Shown here: positions 50,531 through 59,734 of the stretch, one piece after another | How the letters are laid out: each line of letters begins with the position of its first letter | How positions within the stretch are numbered: position 1 is the first letter of the stretch | Program-made: the position numbers and the translations under genes | NCBI GenBank assembly: GCA_037441675.1 | Contig: JBBIRS010000001.1 | Location: 192,001 to 256,000 of the forward strand | Reading direction: 5' to 3' | From: Planctomycetales bacterium | GTDB lineage: Bacteria > 4484-113 | DNA: 64,000 nt | Notes under the pieces: model-generated | Database searches by the model: none | What the model saw: the letters and a program-made list of their open reading frames with translations, nothing else | Told to the model about the DNA's origin: nothing

Positions 50531-53500
50531 ATGAAGTATTGGGCATTTAGAAGTTTGTACTTTACAGTGGCTATCCTGTGTGGAGTACTCGTACACACCA
50601 TTACCTCACTTGCTGCGACTACTTCTACTGTTACTTCAGTTGAAGTAAAGGCTCTTGTAGACCGTGACCTTGTAATCGTAAAGAGTGAAGGAGCTGAGAT
50701 TAAACCCCAAAGCGTCGTAAAGCTTTACCCAACCAGGATTGAGACCCTATTGCCTAACGTAAAACTCAAAGCGGTCAACCCACAGGTTAAGGGTACGACG
50801 CTTGTGAAAAATGTGCTAATCGCTGGAGATACTGACACAGCTGTTCTAGTGGTTTATTTAGACGTCAAGGGCAAGGTTGACAAGGATGCTTACAGATGGA
50901 CACATTTGAAGAGTGGAGTTTCAGTTCTTGAGGTTTTTTACCCGCTATCAGACCGTTCACCACTGACAAGCGCAATGCTAGATGGTAAAGAAACCCCGAA
51001 AGAGCCAGTAAAACCTATCGTTGAAACCCCTACCCAGCTACCACCTCAAGTACCACCTAGCGAAACACCACCTACCACTCTTATTGAACCTGCGCTACCG
51101 CAAGCAAAGAAATATATTGAGCTTGTTTATTTCTCAACCGTGGAGAAGAAGCTTACTATTAAGGGAACTGACTTAAGTGGTTATCAGCTTGAGGTTTCTA
51201 AGTTTCCTCCGCAAATCCAAATTACTTTTCCAGGCACCGACACTTCTCCCACCGTCTTGAAGGAAGTCATCAAGAATTTCGGTGCAATACGAGCAATTCT
51301 AGTTTCCTCAACGTCTATTGAAGGCGGCTTCAATACGCGCGTTACTCTGAATTTTGTTAACTCTTTGAATATAAAGTATGAAGAGAATCTTTCAGCGGAT
51401 AATACAACATTAGTCATTTCACTTCCCTTGGCGGACAAAGTTCTCGTTCCAGAGAGCGCTCAAAAGCCTGAGGAAGTCAAACCTTTAGCTTCTGCTGAGC
51501 CAACCGCCGAGAATGGATCAGTTCGCCCTGAGGAGCCAACAGTGGCGGAGGGGCAAGCGGCGGAGGAGAAGCCAGTGGAAGAGGAAAAGGCGGAAGAGCC
51601 AGCGCCAGTTCCTCCGCTTGAAGTAAAACCGAAAAAGTCCTTCAAGGTTCCTCCTGTTGAAAAAAAGGTTGAAGAGGAAAGAGAGGCGGTGGCTCAACAA
51701 GAGCCAACCCTATCCGCTTCTCTTCAACCAACTGAGGAGGGTATGATTAGCTATATAAACTACGATCCATCTACCCTCACTCTCACCATAACAACCACTA
51801 AAGAGGCAACACTCAATATCGTTCCTGTTACATTTCCACGTGGCTATAACATCTTTGTAGACCTTCCACCCTCTCCCAGTGTCTTGGACTACATCTTCAA
51901 GAATGATGCAAATATCCGTTACCTCAGTGTTGCAAAAGTTCTTGAAGATGAATCCGCATTCACTAGGATTATCATCACATTCGCAAATGATTCGCAACTC
52001 GGCTTTCAGGACACATCCACGCAGGTTGGCACAAATTTTGTGTTAAGGCTTGCTGAGGTTCCACCTCAAGCGCCTAAACCAAAGTTTTCGTCGGGAAGAT
52101 TTGGCTCTGAAATGTCATCGGAAGATGAGGGTCAAGGTATATCAGAAACTACTTCTGTAAGAGAATCTGAAGAAATTCCAGGAGTTGATGATGTATTCGC
52201 TGAAGAGGTGGAAACCGACAAAGAATACCCGAGAGTGCCGGTGAAAGTGGGTCCTGCTGAGGGAGAGTACGAACTTCCCGAATTTCCCGGGATGGAAGAG
52301 AGGCTTTCCGATGTGCTGGTTAACCTGCCTGCGCCCTCTGGACTTTCCGTCTACCAGGTGCTTTACCTGATGTCCAGCTTGGCTGGTATTTCAATCATTA
52401 TAGATCCATATATCACTGACCCACCCATCGGAGGAAGAACACAAAGACGGGTGTTAGATCCGCTTCAGTTTGAAGAGGATGGTGCTCCAATTGGCTTTAG
52501 GGAGGCTTCTCAGTTTTATGCCCTCATCACCGAGCCGGGAACGGTCAGAGGCAATTTTGAAAATGTTCCTTGGGATACCGCTCTAGACATTATTCTTGAG
52601 GTTCACCAATTTGAAAAGATTGTATACCGCGATCCCAATGACCCCAACGCGAAGCCGGTAATTCTAATCACGAGTAGAGAGAGGAAGGAGCAAGAAATTA
52701 AGGGTGCTAATGTCATAGATTTCTATCAGCTTCACTATGCTGATCCCGCGGAACTTTACCTTATTCTCTACAATCTAGACTTACTCCCATCCATTAACGT
52801 CGGTTGGTATGTATATACCAACAGATCTACACGTGGCGGATTTGGCGGAGGCTTTGGTGGTGGAGGCTTTGGTGGTGGCATCGGCGGAGGCTTTGGTGGT
52901 GGAGGCTTTGGTGGTGGGGGATTTGGCGGAGGTGGTTTCAGTGCTAATATCCCACCCACTTCAACTGTTAGCCAAGGTTATCTTGATGCCAACTCCGCTC
53001 TTGCTGGAAGTTACTTTGGAGATGCTCCATTACAGGGTGCTGGACCTGGTTTCGGTGCTGGTGGTGGAGCAGGTGGTGTAGGCGGAGCAGGCGCCGGTGG
53101 ATTTGGTGGAGTAGGTGGTGCTGGTGCTGGAGGTGCTGGAATTGGGTTCATTCCACTTCCCACAGCAAAAAGTGGGTTAATAGTGATGCGAGGTTCTCGT
53201 GAAACTCTGGATGTCGTGAAATCCATTATTCGTAAAATTGACAAGCCACCAAAGCAGGCTGCAGTGAAACTAACTGTTTATCAGGTTACTGAAAATCCAC
53301 AGAAAGTATACGGTCTTGTGCGTGCAGCAGCACCAAGTGGAAGAACTAACATTACCTACGACCAAGGTGGGTTAGACCTCTCCTTTGTTACCAGGCCAGA
53401 GCAAGGCGGATTACCCGCCGGTTTCCGTTCATTCCGCGTTCCTCACAATATCGGTGCTGTATTTGACGCTCTCGCTGCTGACCGTAAGGCAAAGGTTGTT

Positions 53501-53989
53501 ACAGAAACCGAACTAGCGGTTATTGATGGATTTCCTGCTGTGCTTTCAGTTGACAGGACGCGTGGTAACTTCCGTCAAAGCATCGCCTTTGATCAGAATG
53601 GCAATGCAATTAGGACATCAACCTTTGACGAAATCACCGTTGGAACGAATATTACTTTCACGCCAAATATTGATGACTGGGGTAGAATGACCCTCTTCCT
53701 CGTGATTAGTCTCAGCAGTTTTGATGGTCCACCGCAAGTTTCACCTGATGGTCTTGCGACTTTTCAACCTACGACAGATACGAACCTTCAGACCTTCTTT
53801 AGACTTATGGACGGTGAGACCGCTATGATAGGCGGTCTCCAGACTCGTCAGGTAACGGACGAAATATTCGCAGTTCCATTCCTTTCAGAACTTCCATTCG
53901 TAGGTTCACTATTCCAGCATCACTCAAAGAGCGAGGAGAATAGTTACGTCTTTGTAACGCTGACGGTAAATCTAGTTGACGATAAATAA
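50531..53989 (+). CDS. pilQ: Secretin (PilQ-like) with AMIN-like repeats and a Gly/Phe-rich insert
   Basis: Signal peptide; three AMIN-like repeats; NVPWDTALDIIL (N0); YQLHYADP...LIVMRGS...IIRKIDKP (N3); DGETAMIGGL, VPFLSELPFVGSLF secretin signature. Confidence 0.9.
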   Translation: MKYWAFRSLYFTVAILCGVLVHTITSLAATTSTVTSVEVKALVDRDLVIVKSEGAEIKPQSVVKLYPTRIETLLPNVKLKAVNPQVKGTTLVKNVLIAGDTDTAVLVVYLDVKGKVDKDAYRWTHLKSGVSVLEVFYPLSDRSPLTSAMLDGKETPKEPVKPIVETPTQLPPQVPPSETPPTTLIEPALPQAKKYIELVYFSTVEKKLTIKGTDLSGYQLEVSKFPPQIQITFPGTDTSPTVLKEVIKNFGAIRAILVSSTSIEGGFNTRVTLNFVNSLNIKYEENLSADNTTLVISLPLADKVLVPESAQKPEEVKPLASAEPTAENGSVRPEEPTVAEGQAAEEKPVEEEKAEEPAPVPPLEVKPKKSFKVPPVEKKVEEEREAVAQQEPTLSASLQPTEEGMISYINYDPSTLTLTITTTKEATLNIVPVTFPRGYNIFVDLPPSPSVLDYIFKNDANIRYLSVAKVLEDESAFTRIIITFANDSQLGFQDTSTQVGTNFVLRLAEVPPQAPKPKFSSGRFGSEMSSEDEGQGISETTSVRESEEIPGVDDVFAEEVETDKEYPRVPVKVGPAEGEYELPEFPGMEERLSDVLVNLPAPSGLSVYQVLYLMSSLAGISIIIDPYITDPPIGGRTQRRVLDPLQFEEDGAPIGFREASQFYALITEPGTVRGNFENVPWDTALDIILEVHQFEKIVYRDPNDPNAKPVILITSRERKEQEIKGANVIDFYQLHYADPAELYLILYNLDLLPSINVGWYVYTNRSTRGGFGGGFGGGGFGGGIGGGFGGGGFGGGGFGGGGFSANIPPTSTVSQGYLDANSALAGSYFGDAPLQGAGPGFGAGGGAGGVGGAGAGGFGGVGGAGAGGAGIGFIPLPTAKSGLIVMRGSRETLDVVKSIIRKIDKPPKQAAVKLTVYQVTENPQKVYGLVRAAAPSGRTNITYDQGGLDLSFVTRPEQGGLPAGFRSFRVPHNIGAVFDALAADRKAKVVTETELAVIDGFPAVLSVDRTRGNFRQSIAFDQNGNAIRTSTFDEITVGTNITFTPNIDDWGRMTLFLVISLSSFDGPPQVSPDGLATFQPTTDTNLQTFFRLMDGETAMIGGLQTRQVTDEIFAVPFLSELPFVGSLFQHHSKSEENSYVFVTLTVNLVDDK
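52844..52917 (+). repeat. 35-bp direct repeat (period 39) encoding GGGFGGGGFGGG inside the secretin
   Basis: ggcggaggctttggtggtggaggctttggtggtgg at 52844-52878 and 52883-52917. Confidence 0.9.
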
Positions 53990-54090
53990 GGTTGATTCCT
54001 TTGTTAAGTTAAACGTCAAATAGCGCGATAGAAAAAGAGGTTTTCGCAAGAGTCAATCGGGACTTGTTTGGCTCTTCATTTAGGTTTTTA

Positions 54091-54135
54091 GGAACAAATA
54101 TTTCACTTGAAGAGTCTAACAAATGATTGTAAAAT
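54091..54135 (+). promoter_or_regulatory. Overlapping ECF-like and sigma70-like promoters upstream of pilMN
   Basis: GGAAC-N18-GTCTAA (54091-54119); TTGAAG-N17-TAAAAT (54107-54135); inverted repeat AATGATT-N4-AATCATT over the -10. Confidence 0.5.
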
Positions 54136-54185
54136 CATTCTGAAGGGTGACAGTCAAGGTAAAATTATAAGGCGGGAGACAACCT

Positions 54186-56144
54186 ATGCCAGCAAAAGGA
54201 ACAAGAAAGAAAACCGACATTGCGATTGATCTAACGAGCAATGAGATGAGAATAGTTGCGTTAAGCAAGAAGGGAAACGACTACTTACTTGAGCGTTTCG
54301 TTGTTAGCGAGGTTAATCCGCAATTTTTTGCCGCTGGTCGTGTAGCAGATCCCAAAGGGCTGGGTGAGCGGATTAAGGAAATTCTTCAGGCGAATGGAAT
54401 TTCCGCCAAGCGTGCGATTATATCCCTTTCCGGGAAGGCTGCGATTACTAGAATCGTTGAATTACCAAGGATGGGTGCGGCGCAAACTCGCCAAGCAATT
54501 AGCTTGCAAATAAATCAGTACGTTCCATTTCCGGTTGGTGACACAGTTTACGATTATCGTGTTTTGCCCCATCGTAAAGGAGCTGGCACTGCCATGCAGG
54601 AGATTCTGCTAGTTGCCACCCGTGCCTCCACTGTTCAATCCCTGGTAAGCACAATGGAATATGCAGGCTTAGAGCCTTTTGCGGTAAAGATAACTTCTTT
54701 GGCAGCATGGAATTTAATTTCTTCGAAGCTAGAGGGTTATACGCAATCAATCGGCGTAGTAGATGTGAGGGATACAATTTCAGAACTTTCCTTCTTTGTT
54801 GGTGGAACTTTCCGTATGGCACGTTCTGTGGAGCTTGGGTTCAACACAATCGTTTCTAAGATTGCCCAACTGCTAGGAGTATCAGTTGCAGAAGCGGAAG
54901 AGTATCTGAAATCAGAACCTGTTGACCTAATGCTTCCTGAGGAGGAGATTGACCCCACTGAGGATAATCGACTGCGTGAGGCTGTGATGAGCGTGTTTGC
55001 CAGTTTTGTTACAGAACTTATCCGCTCCATAAGGTACTATGAATCTCAAGCTTCCCGAGCGGAGAGGGTGGGCAAACTGCTAGTCTTTGGAAACATCCGT
55101 TATTTCAAAAATTTGGCGCCATACTTAGAACGTGAAACAGGACTAGAAGTATCAGAAGTTGCCTTATCAAGCCTGGTGCAGTACGTTGCAGGAGCTTATC
55201 CACTAGATTTGGTTCAAGATGCTTCACCGAAACTCCTCGTCTCTGCTGGTTTGGCTGTGGAGTTCTTCAAGAAGGGAAAGGTTGAATTTAACTTGCTCCC
55301 CACAAGTTATTATGTGAAGGCTTGGGCATGGAACACCGCAAAAGTTGGAGTTTTGGTTGTAGCGATAATTGGCGTAATGATGTATATGGACTATCAGAAC
55401 CTTATGAAAGCAAAAGCAACCGCCGAGAAAGAGCTTCAAGAAGTGACAGCTGAAGCTAACCGTTGGCAACCGCAGGCAACCGAGTTTGACCGTGTCAAAC
55501 AAGAAGTGAGTAGTAAAGTTCCAAAGTTTAAGTGGGTATACAACCTAATTAAGGAACAGAGAATGTGGGCGCCTATAATGGTGGAGCTAGGTAGTATGAC
55601 ACCGGATGGCGTTATTGTAACTGAAGCTGATTTTGAAGCTTCTGGCAACGAGATAAAGCTAAAGGGTTGGGCGATAAATCGTGCGGAGCTAATGTTATAC
55701 GCGATTATGCTTGATAGGTCACCATATTTTACGCAAACCACCGTTGAGGAAAACGTCCAAGATTTGACGCCAGGCGGTGGTGGTGGACGTGGTCCAGGAG
55801 GTGGTGGTGGAGCAACTGGGGTCAGTGCAACGATGGGTGATACTGCCCCGGGCAGATTTTCATCCTCTTTACCATCGCTTACTGGTCGTGCTGGAATTTT
55901 AGGGGGTATGACAGCTGGAATTGAAAGTACCAGGCAGCCTCTTCAATTTGAGCTTCCACGTTTAGGACTAATCTCAGGTCTCTCTATTGAGGAGTATTTT
56001 GGCCGTGAAGAGGCTCAGCAACAGATGCTAAAGTTTGAATTTGACATAACTACGCATTTACAAGACACCGCTCTTATCCAGCCAGAAGCCATTAAAGAGC
56101 TAAGCGCGTTGGAGGAGGTGACCAAAGATGTCCTCAGTACGTAG
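54186..56144 (+). CDS. pilM: PilM-PilN fusion (actin-like PilM followed by PilN)
   Basis: AIDL, QYVPFP...YDY, ILLVA, ELIRSIRYY, AGLA (PilM); then FNLLP, TM helix, coiled coil, TPDGV, LKGWA, LDRSPYF (PilN). Confidence 0.9.
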   Translation: MPAKGTRKKTDIAIDLTSNEMRIVALSKKGNDYLLERFVVSEVNPQFFAAGRVADPKGLGERIKEILQANGISAKRAIISLSGKAAITRIVELPRMGAAQTRQAISLQINQYVPFPVGDTVYDYRVLPHRKGAGTAMQEILLVATRASTVQSLVSTMEYAGLEPFAVKITSLAAWNLISSKLEGYTQSIGVVDVRDTISELSFFVGGTFRMARSVELGFNTIVSKIAQLLGVSVAEAEEYLKSEPVDLMLPEEEIDPTEDNRLREAVMSVFASFVTELIRSIRYYESQASRAERVGKLLVFGNIRYFKNLAPYLERETGLEVSEVALSSLVQYVAGAYPLDLVQDASPKLLVSAGLAVEFFKKGKVEFNLLPTSYYVKAWAWNTAKVGVLVVAIIGVMMYMDYQNLMKAKATAEKELQEVTAEANRWQPQATEFDRVKQEVSSKVPKFKWVYNLIKEQRMWAPIMVELGSMTPDGVIVTEADFEASGNEIKLKGWAINRAELMLYAIMLDRSPYFTQTTVEENVQDLTPGGGGGRGPGGGGGATGVSATMGDTAPGRFSSSLPSLTGRAGILGGMTAGIESTRQPLQFELPRLGLISGLSIEEYFGREEAQQQMLKFEFDITTHLQDTALIQPEAIKELSALEEVTKDVLST

Positions 56145-56937
56145 AGGCGCTTCCCCAAAAGCAAGACCCGGTCCAGGTGAACGTCCTCCAAGAAAGCCGA
56201 TTTTCACGCCTGTAAATGTTGGTATTTTCTTTGCAGGGATAGTAATCGTAGGAGTTGGAATATACATTCCAATGGTGCATCGTGCAACCACCGCTGAAAT
56301 TGCAAACATTAAGAACGAGATAGAAAAGCAGAAGCAGCAAGCAGAAATATTCCGCAAAAAGGCTCAAATGCTTCCCAAAGCGGAAGAGCTGGATAAAGTA
56401 ATGGCATCAAAGATTAAAGATGAACAGAAGTACTTTCTCCACACTCAACGTGAAATCATTCCATTCTTAAACGATTGGCTCGCTGATTTATTTAATCGCT
56501 ATGGTTGGCCAGAAAAATTGGAGATTGATCCAAAGCTTTCCTTTAAGATTAGCTGGTTGATGGAACCTTACGAAACCGTCGCCGACCCGAGCATTCAAAG
56601 GTTACTGGATTTGTTTGAATGGGAGTACATCGGTGAAGGAAGTGGAAGTGGAGAGGTAACAGAGACATTGCCCAATTTTCTAGAGCCAATTACCTTCAAG
56701 GCTATTGGCATTAGGATGAGGTATGAAGATCTGCGCGATATGATTCGCGACCTTCAGACAAACAAAACTTATCATGTAACTGTTCACGCATTCAAGAATA
56801 GTGAGAGCGACAACGAGTATTTGCTGGTGCGAACTAGGAGCAAGTATGATTTGCTGTTCACCGTTTACTTTATGAATCCAGAGGGTATGGTATCAGGCGA
56901 GAAACCGCCGGGAATGCCTGATGACAAAAAGCTCTAA
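56128..56937 (+). CDS. PilO-like protein
   Basis: TM, coiled coil, FLHTQREIIPFL, YEDLRDMIRDL; position after PilMN. Confidence 0.7.
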   Translation: MSSVRRGASPKARPGPGERPPRKPIFTPVNVGIFFAGIVIVGVGIYIPMVHRATTAEIANIKNEIEKQKQQAEIFRKKAQMLPKAEELDKVMASKIKDEQKYFLHTQREIIPFLNDWLADLFNRYGWPEKLEIDPKLSFKISWLMEPYETVADPSIQRLLDLFEWEYIGEGSGSGEVTETLPNFLEPITFKAIGIRMRYEDLRDMIRDLQTNKTYHVTVHAFKNSESDNEYLLVRTRSKYDLLFTVYFMNPEGMVSGEKPPGMPDDKKL

Positions 56938-56979
56938 CTTAGAGGATTAAAAGGGTATAATAAAAACAGGGAGAATAAA

Positions 56980-57888
56980 ATGAAAGGTCAAGCTATAAAT
57001 AGAAACCTATTGATATTTCTTTTAGTCGTAGTCGGTGCAGGTGTGTTGAACTACGTATTTTTTGGTGGGTTGGCGATGTTGAGGCAGGGAGATATTCCCA
57101 CTCCGCCCTCTCAGGCAACAGTTCAACCATCCGCACCAGCGTCAACGACTCAGCCCGCCCCCACATCTCAAGGGGCAGCTCTGCCTTCCGTAGTCGGTGG
57201 CGAGGCAACTCCATCAACTAGTGCGCCTCCTTCTGCGCAGACTGGTGCTCCAGAATCTGCTGGCAAGACAAAAGCGGAGCCAGCAAAGCCCCTTACTGAA
57301 GAGCAGAAGCTTAAAGGGCTTGAAGACTTTGAAAAGATTGATTCTCGAGAAATTCTTCGGAAGAGATTGGATGAGGCCACTGAAAGCCTGAGTAAGGTTG
57401 ACCCCGAAGAAGGCTTGCCATATCCTGGTGTTGGAAGAGTTGATCCTCTAACTTACGTATATGACGCAATCCCTGAAGAACTTAGACCTCCCCGTTCAGG
57501 TGAAACCAATGAGGATGAAATCCTGTCTCTATTAATGGCGCAGGGTTCCACTGAAATAATTGATAGTTTCTACCTTGACGTTTACTCCGTGATGAAAATT
57601 GGAATGGATACCTACGTTAGCTTCGCTGTTTTATCTCCATTTCAAGCTCGTCTCAGTTGGCCAGTAGGCGCCAGTAACACTTGGCGCACATGGATGTCTG
57701 CGGATAAGTATAGTTGGCTTGCGTATATAACACTTGAACTTACTTCGGCGACTCAAGACCTCGTTACCTTTGCTGTAACGGTTGAAACTGACAAGGAGAC
57801 TATTACTCGTGTAAAACATTACGTTCCAGGCCGTCCAAGCAGTGGAGGTAGAAGCACAGGCGTAGGTGGTGGCGGTGGTGGCTACTAA
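56980..57888 (+). CDS. PilP-like protein (membrane-anchored, Pro/Ala/Thr linker)
   Basis: N-terminal TM, low-complexity linker, YPGVGRVDPL (RDPF-like), C-terminal beta domain; position after PilO. Confidence 0.6.
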   Translation: MKGQAINRNLLIFLLVVVGAGVLNYVFFGGLAMLRQGDIPTPPSQATVQPSAPASTTQPAPTSQGAALPSVVGGEATPSTSAPPSAQTGAPESAGKTKAEPAKPLTEEQKLKGLEDFEKIDSREILRKRLDEATESLSKVDPEEGLPYPGVGRVDPLTYVYDAIPEELRPPRSGETNEDEILSLLMAQGSTEIIDSFYLDVYSVMKIGMDTYVSFAVLSPFQARLSWPVGASNTWRTWMSADKYSWLAYITLELTSATQDLVTFAVTVETDKETITRVKHYVPGRPSSGGRSTGVGGGGGGY

Positions 57889-58114
57889 GTAGTGCTCATT
57901 AACCTAAACTTAAAGAGCAGCCCATCAAATTTCAACGCCTAAATCTTTTCACAAAGCTGAGGTTCATTAAGCTTACCTGCTAGCCCCCATATTGTTTCTA
58001 AATCTTCAACTATTCCTAGCATTCCATTAAGCTCTTCCATTCAATATATTTATTTTCTATGGTAAAATTCTATTGATTGCGTTTTCCGCAAGTGTTCTTC
58101 TATCCTATGCCTAA

Positions 58115-59728
58115 ATGGATGCGTTAGTACAAATTCTCAGCACCATCTGGGGAAGATTCGTTTACATCGCGACTCAACCACTGCAGGATTTTAGTCAATG
58201 GGCTTTTCAGCATCCCGCATACTATCTTCTCTTCCCGGAATTTTTTCTTGCCTTAGCTATACTTGGCATTGTTGTCGTTTGGGTATTTTCTAGAGGCGAA
58301 AATCTAAATGTAGTTTTATGGCTAGGGATTATTGGTAGCGCATCCAACTTCGCAATGACCATCCATCTGATGTTCAACACCAGTCGATACTTCAACTATG
58401 GACTTGGGACCTTCTGGGGAGGGCTTGAGACAATAGACCCGTTTGCGCTCTTCTTCAAACAGCTGATGGACTGGGGCGACATTATGCTCTTCCTCGTGCT
58501 GATGGGTTATGGGCTAATGAAGAAGTATCGTGTTGAATTTATTCTCTTCACGCTGATGGCAACCGTCGCCTTTGACCTAATGGTAGGCTCTTCTGACCTT
58601 TTAGCGATTTATGTAATGACCGAGTTTGCCTCAATTCTTCTCTACGTAATGGCAGCCTGGTACAAAGACGACCTTCGCTCTCTTGAGGCAGGGCTAAAAC
58701 TTTTCATCACTGGCGTTGTCTCTTCCGCCGCGCTTCTATTTGGTATCGCCATAATTTACGGGCTTACCGGCTCAACCAATCTTTATGACTTAAAGCTATT
58801 TCTTGAGTTAGGAGTTAGGACATATCATCCGATGGTAGTCTTAGCATTTGTGATGATAGTTGTTGGCATAGGCTACAAAGTAGGAGTAGCACCATTCCAT
58901 TTATGGATTCCTGATACCTATGAGGGCGCCCCTACACCAGTTACCGCCTTTCTCTCCGTTTATCCCAAAATCGCAGGTTTTGCAGTCTTTATAAGATTAT
59001 TTCTTCTCGGTTTCATTCCCGTGAAAGAAGCTTGGGTTCCACTCGTGGCTACAATTGCGATAATTACCCTTTTCCTCGGAAACATAATGGCTTTACGACA
59101 AACCTCTTTCAAGCGACTTATGGCTTACTCCGGGATTGCTCAAATGGGATACGTCCTTCTTGGAATAATCGGGGCAACCTACGCTTTTGAACCCACATCT
59201 AACATCGCATTCTATGCAACCCTCTATTACTTAATGTTTTACTTCTTCGCGAATCTAGGAGCGTTTTTAATAGCAATGCTAAATGAGATTTCAGGCGGTA
59301 GTGATGAGCTTGTCTCCTACAATGGTTTTTGGAAGCGTTCACCGGCTCTCTCCGCTTTTATGACAATTTTCTTGCTCGCCCTAACTGGAATTCCTCCAAC
59401 AGTTGGCTTCATAGGAAAGTTTCTGATATTCTTAAGTCTATTTATGTTCTTTTCGCCAGCAGACCCACTTCCTTTAATCTTGATAATTGTTGGTGTAATA
59501 AACGCGGTGATAGCGGCATTTTATTATCTTGGGATAGTAAGACGGATCTATCTAGAAGTTCCATCAACGGAACAACAGGGAACAACCTTCGTTCCATTTC
59601 TCTTTCAGAGGCTTGCGGTTGCTTTTCCAGCGCTTGCGGTTCTAATGTTAGGCTTTATTTTCGTTCAGGGTCCTTATGAGTACGTTCGTGGTGCCTGGTT
59701 TTTAACTTATTGGATAACTCTCGCATAA
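58115..59728 (+). CDS. nuoN: NADH-quinone oxidoreductase subunit N (antiporter-like)
   Basis: PE in first TM, MTEFAS, SLEAGLK, GYKVGVAPFHLWIPDTYEGAPTPV, KRLMAYSGIAQMGY, GIPPTVGFIGKF. Confidence 0.92.
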   Translation: MDALVQILSTIWGRFVYIATQPLQDFSQWAFQHPAYYLLFPEFFLALAILGIVVVWVFSRGENLNVVLWLGIIGSASNFAMTIHLMFNTSRYFNYGLGTFWGGLETIDPFALFFKQLMDWGDIMLFLVLMGYGLMKKYRVEFILFTLMATVAFDLMVGSSDLLAIYVMTEFASILLYVMAAWYKDDLRSLEAGLKLFITGVVSSAALLFGIAIIYGLTGSTNLYDLKLFLELGVRTYHPMVVLAFVMIVVGIGYKVGVAPFHLWIPDTYEGAPTPVTAFLSVYPKIAGFAVFIRLFLLGFIPVKEAWVPLVATIAIITLFLGNIMALRQTSFKRLMAYSGIAQMGYVLLGIIGATYAFEPTSNIAFYATLYYLMFYFFANLGAFLIAMLNEISGGSDELVSYNGFWKRSPALSAFMTIFLLALTGIPPTVGFIGKFLIFLSLFMFFSPADPLPLILIIVGVINAVIAAFYYLGIVRRIYLEVPSTEQQGTTFVPFLFQRLAVAFPALAVLMLGFIFVQGPYEYVRGAWFLTYWITLA

Positions 59729-59734
59729 TTTGGC

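Noticed and set aside
52768..53244. Pro-rich minus-strand ORFs
   Set aside because: Mirror of the Gly-rich codons in the secretin
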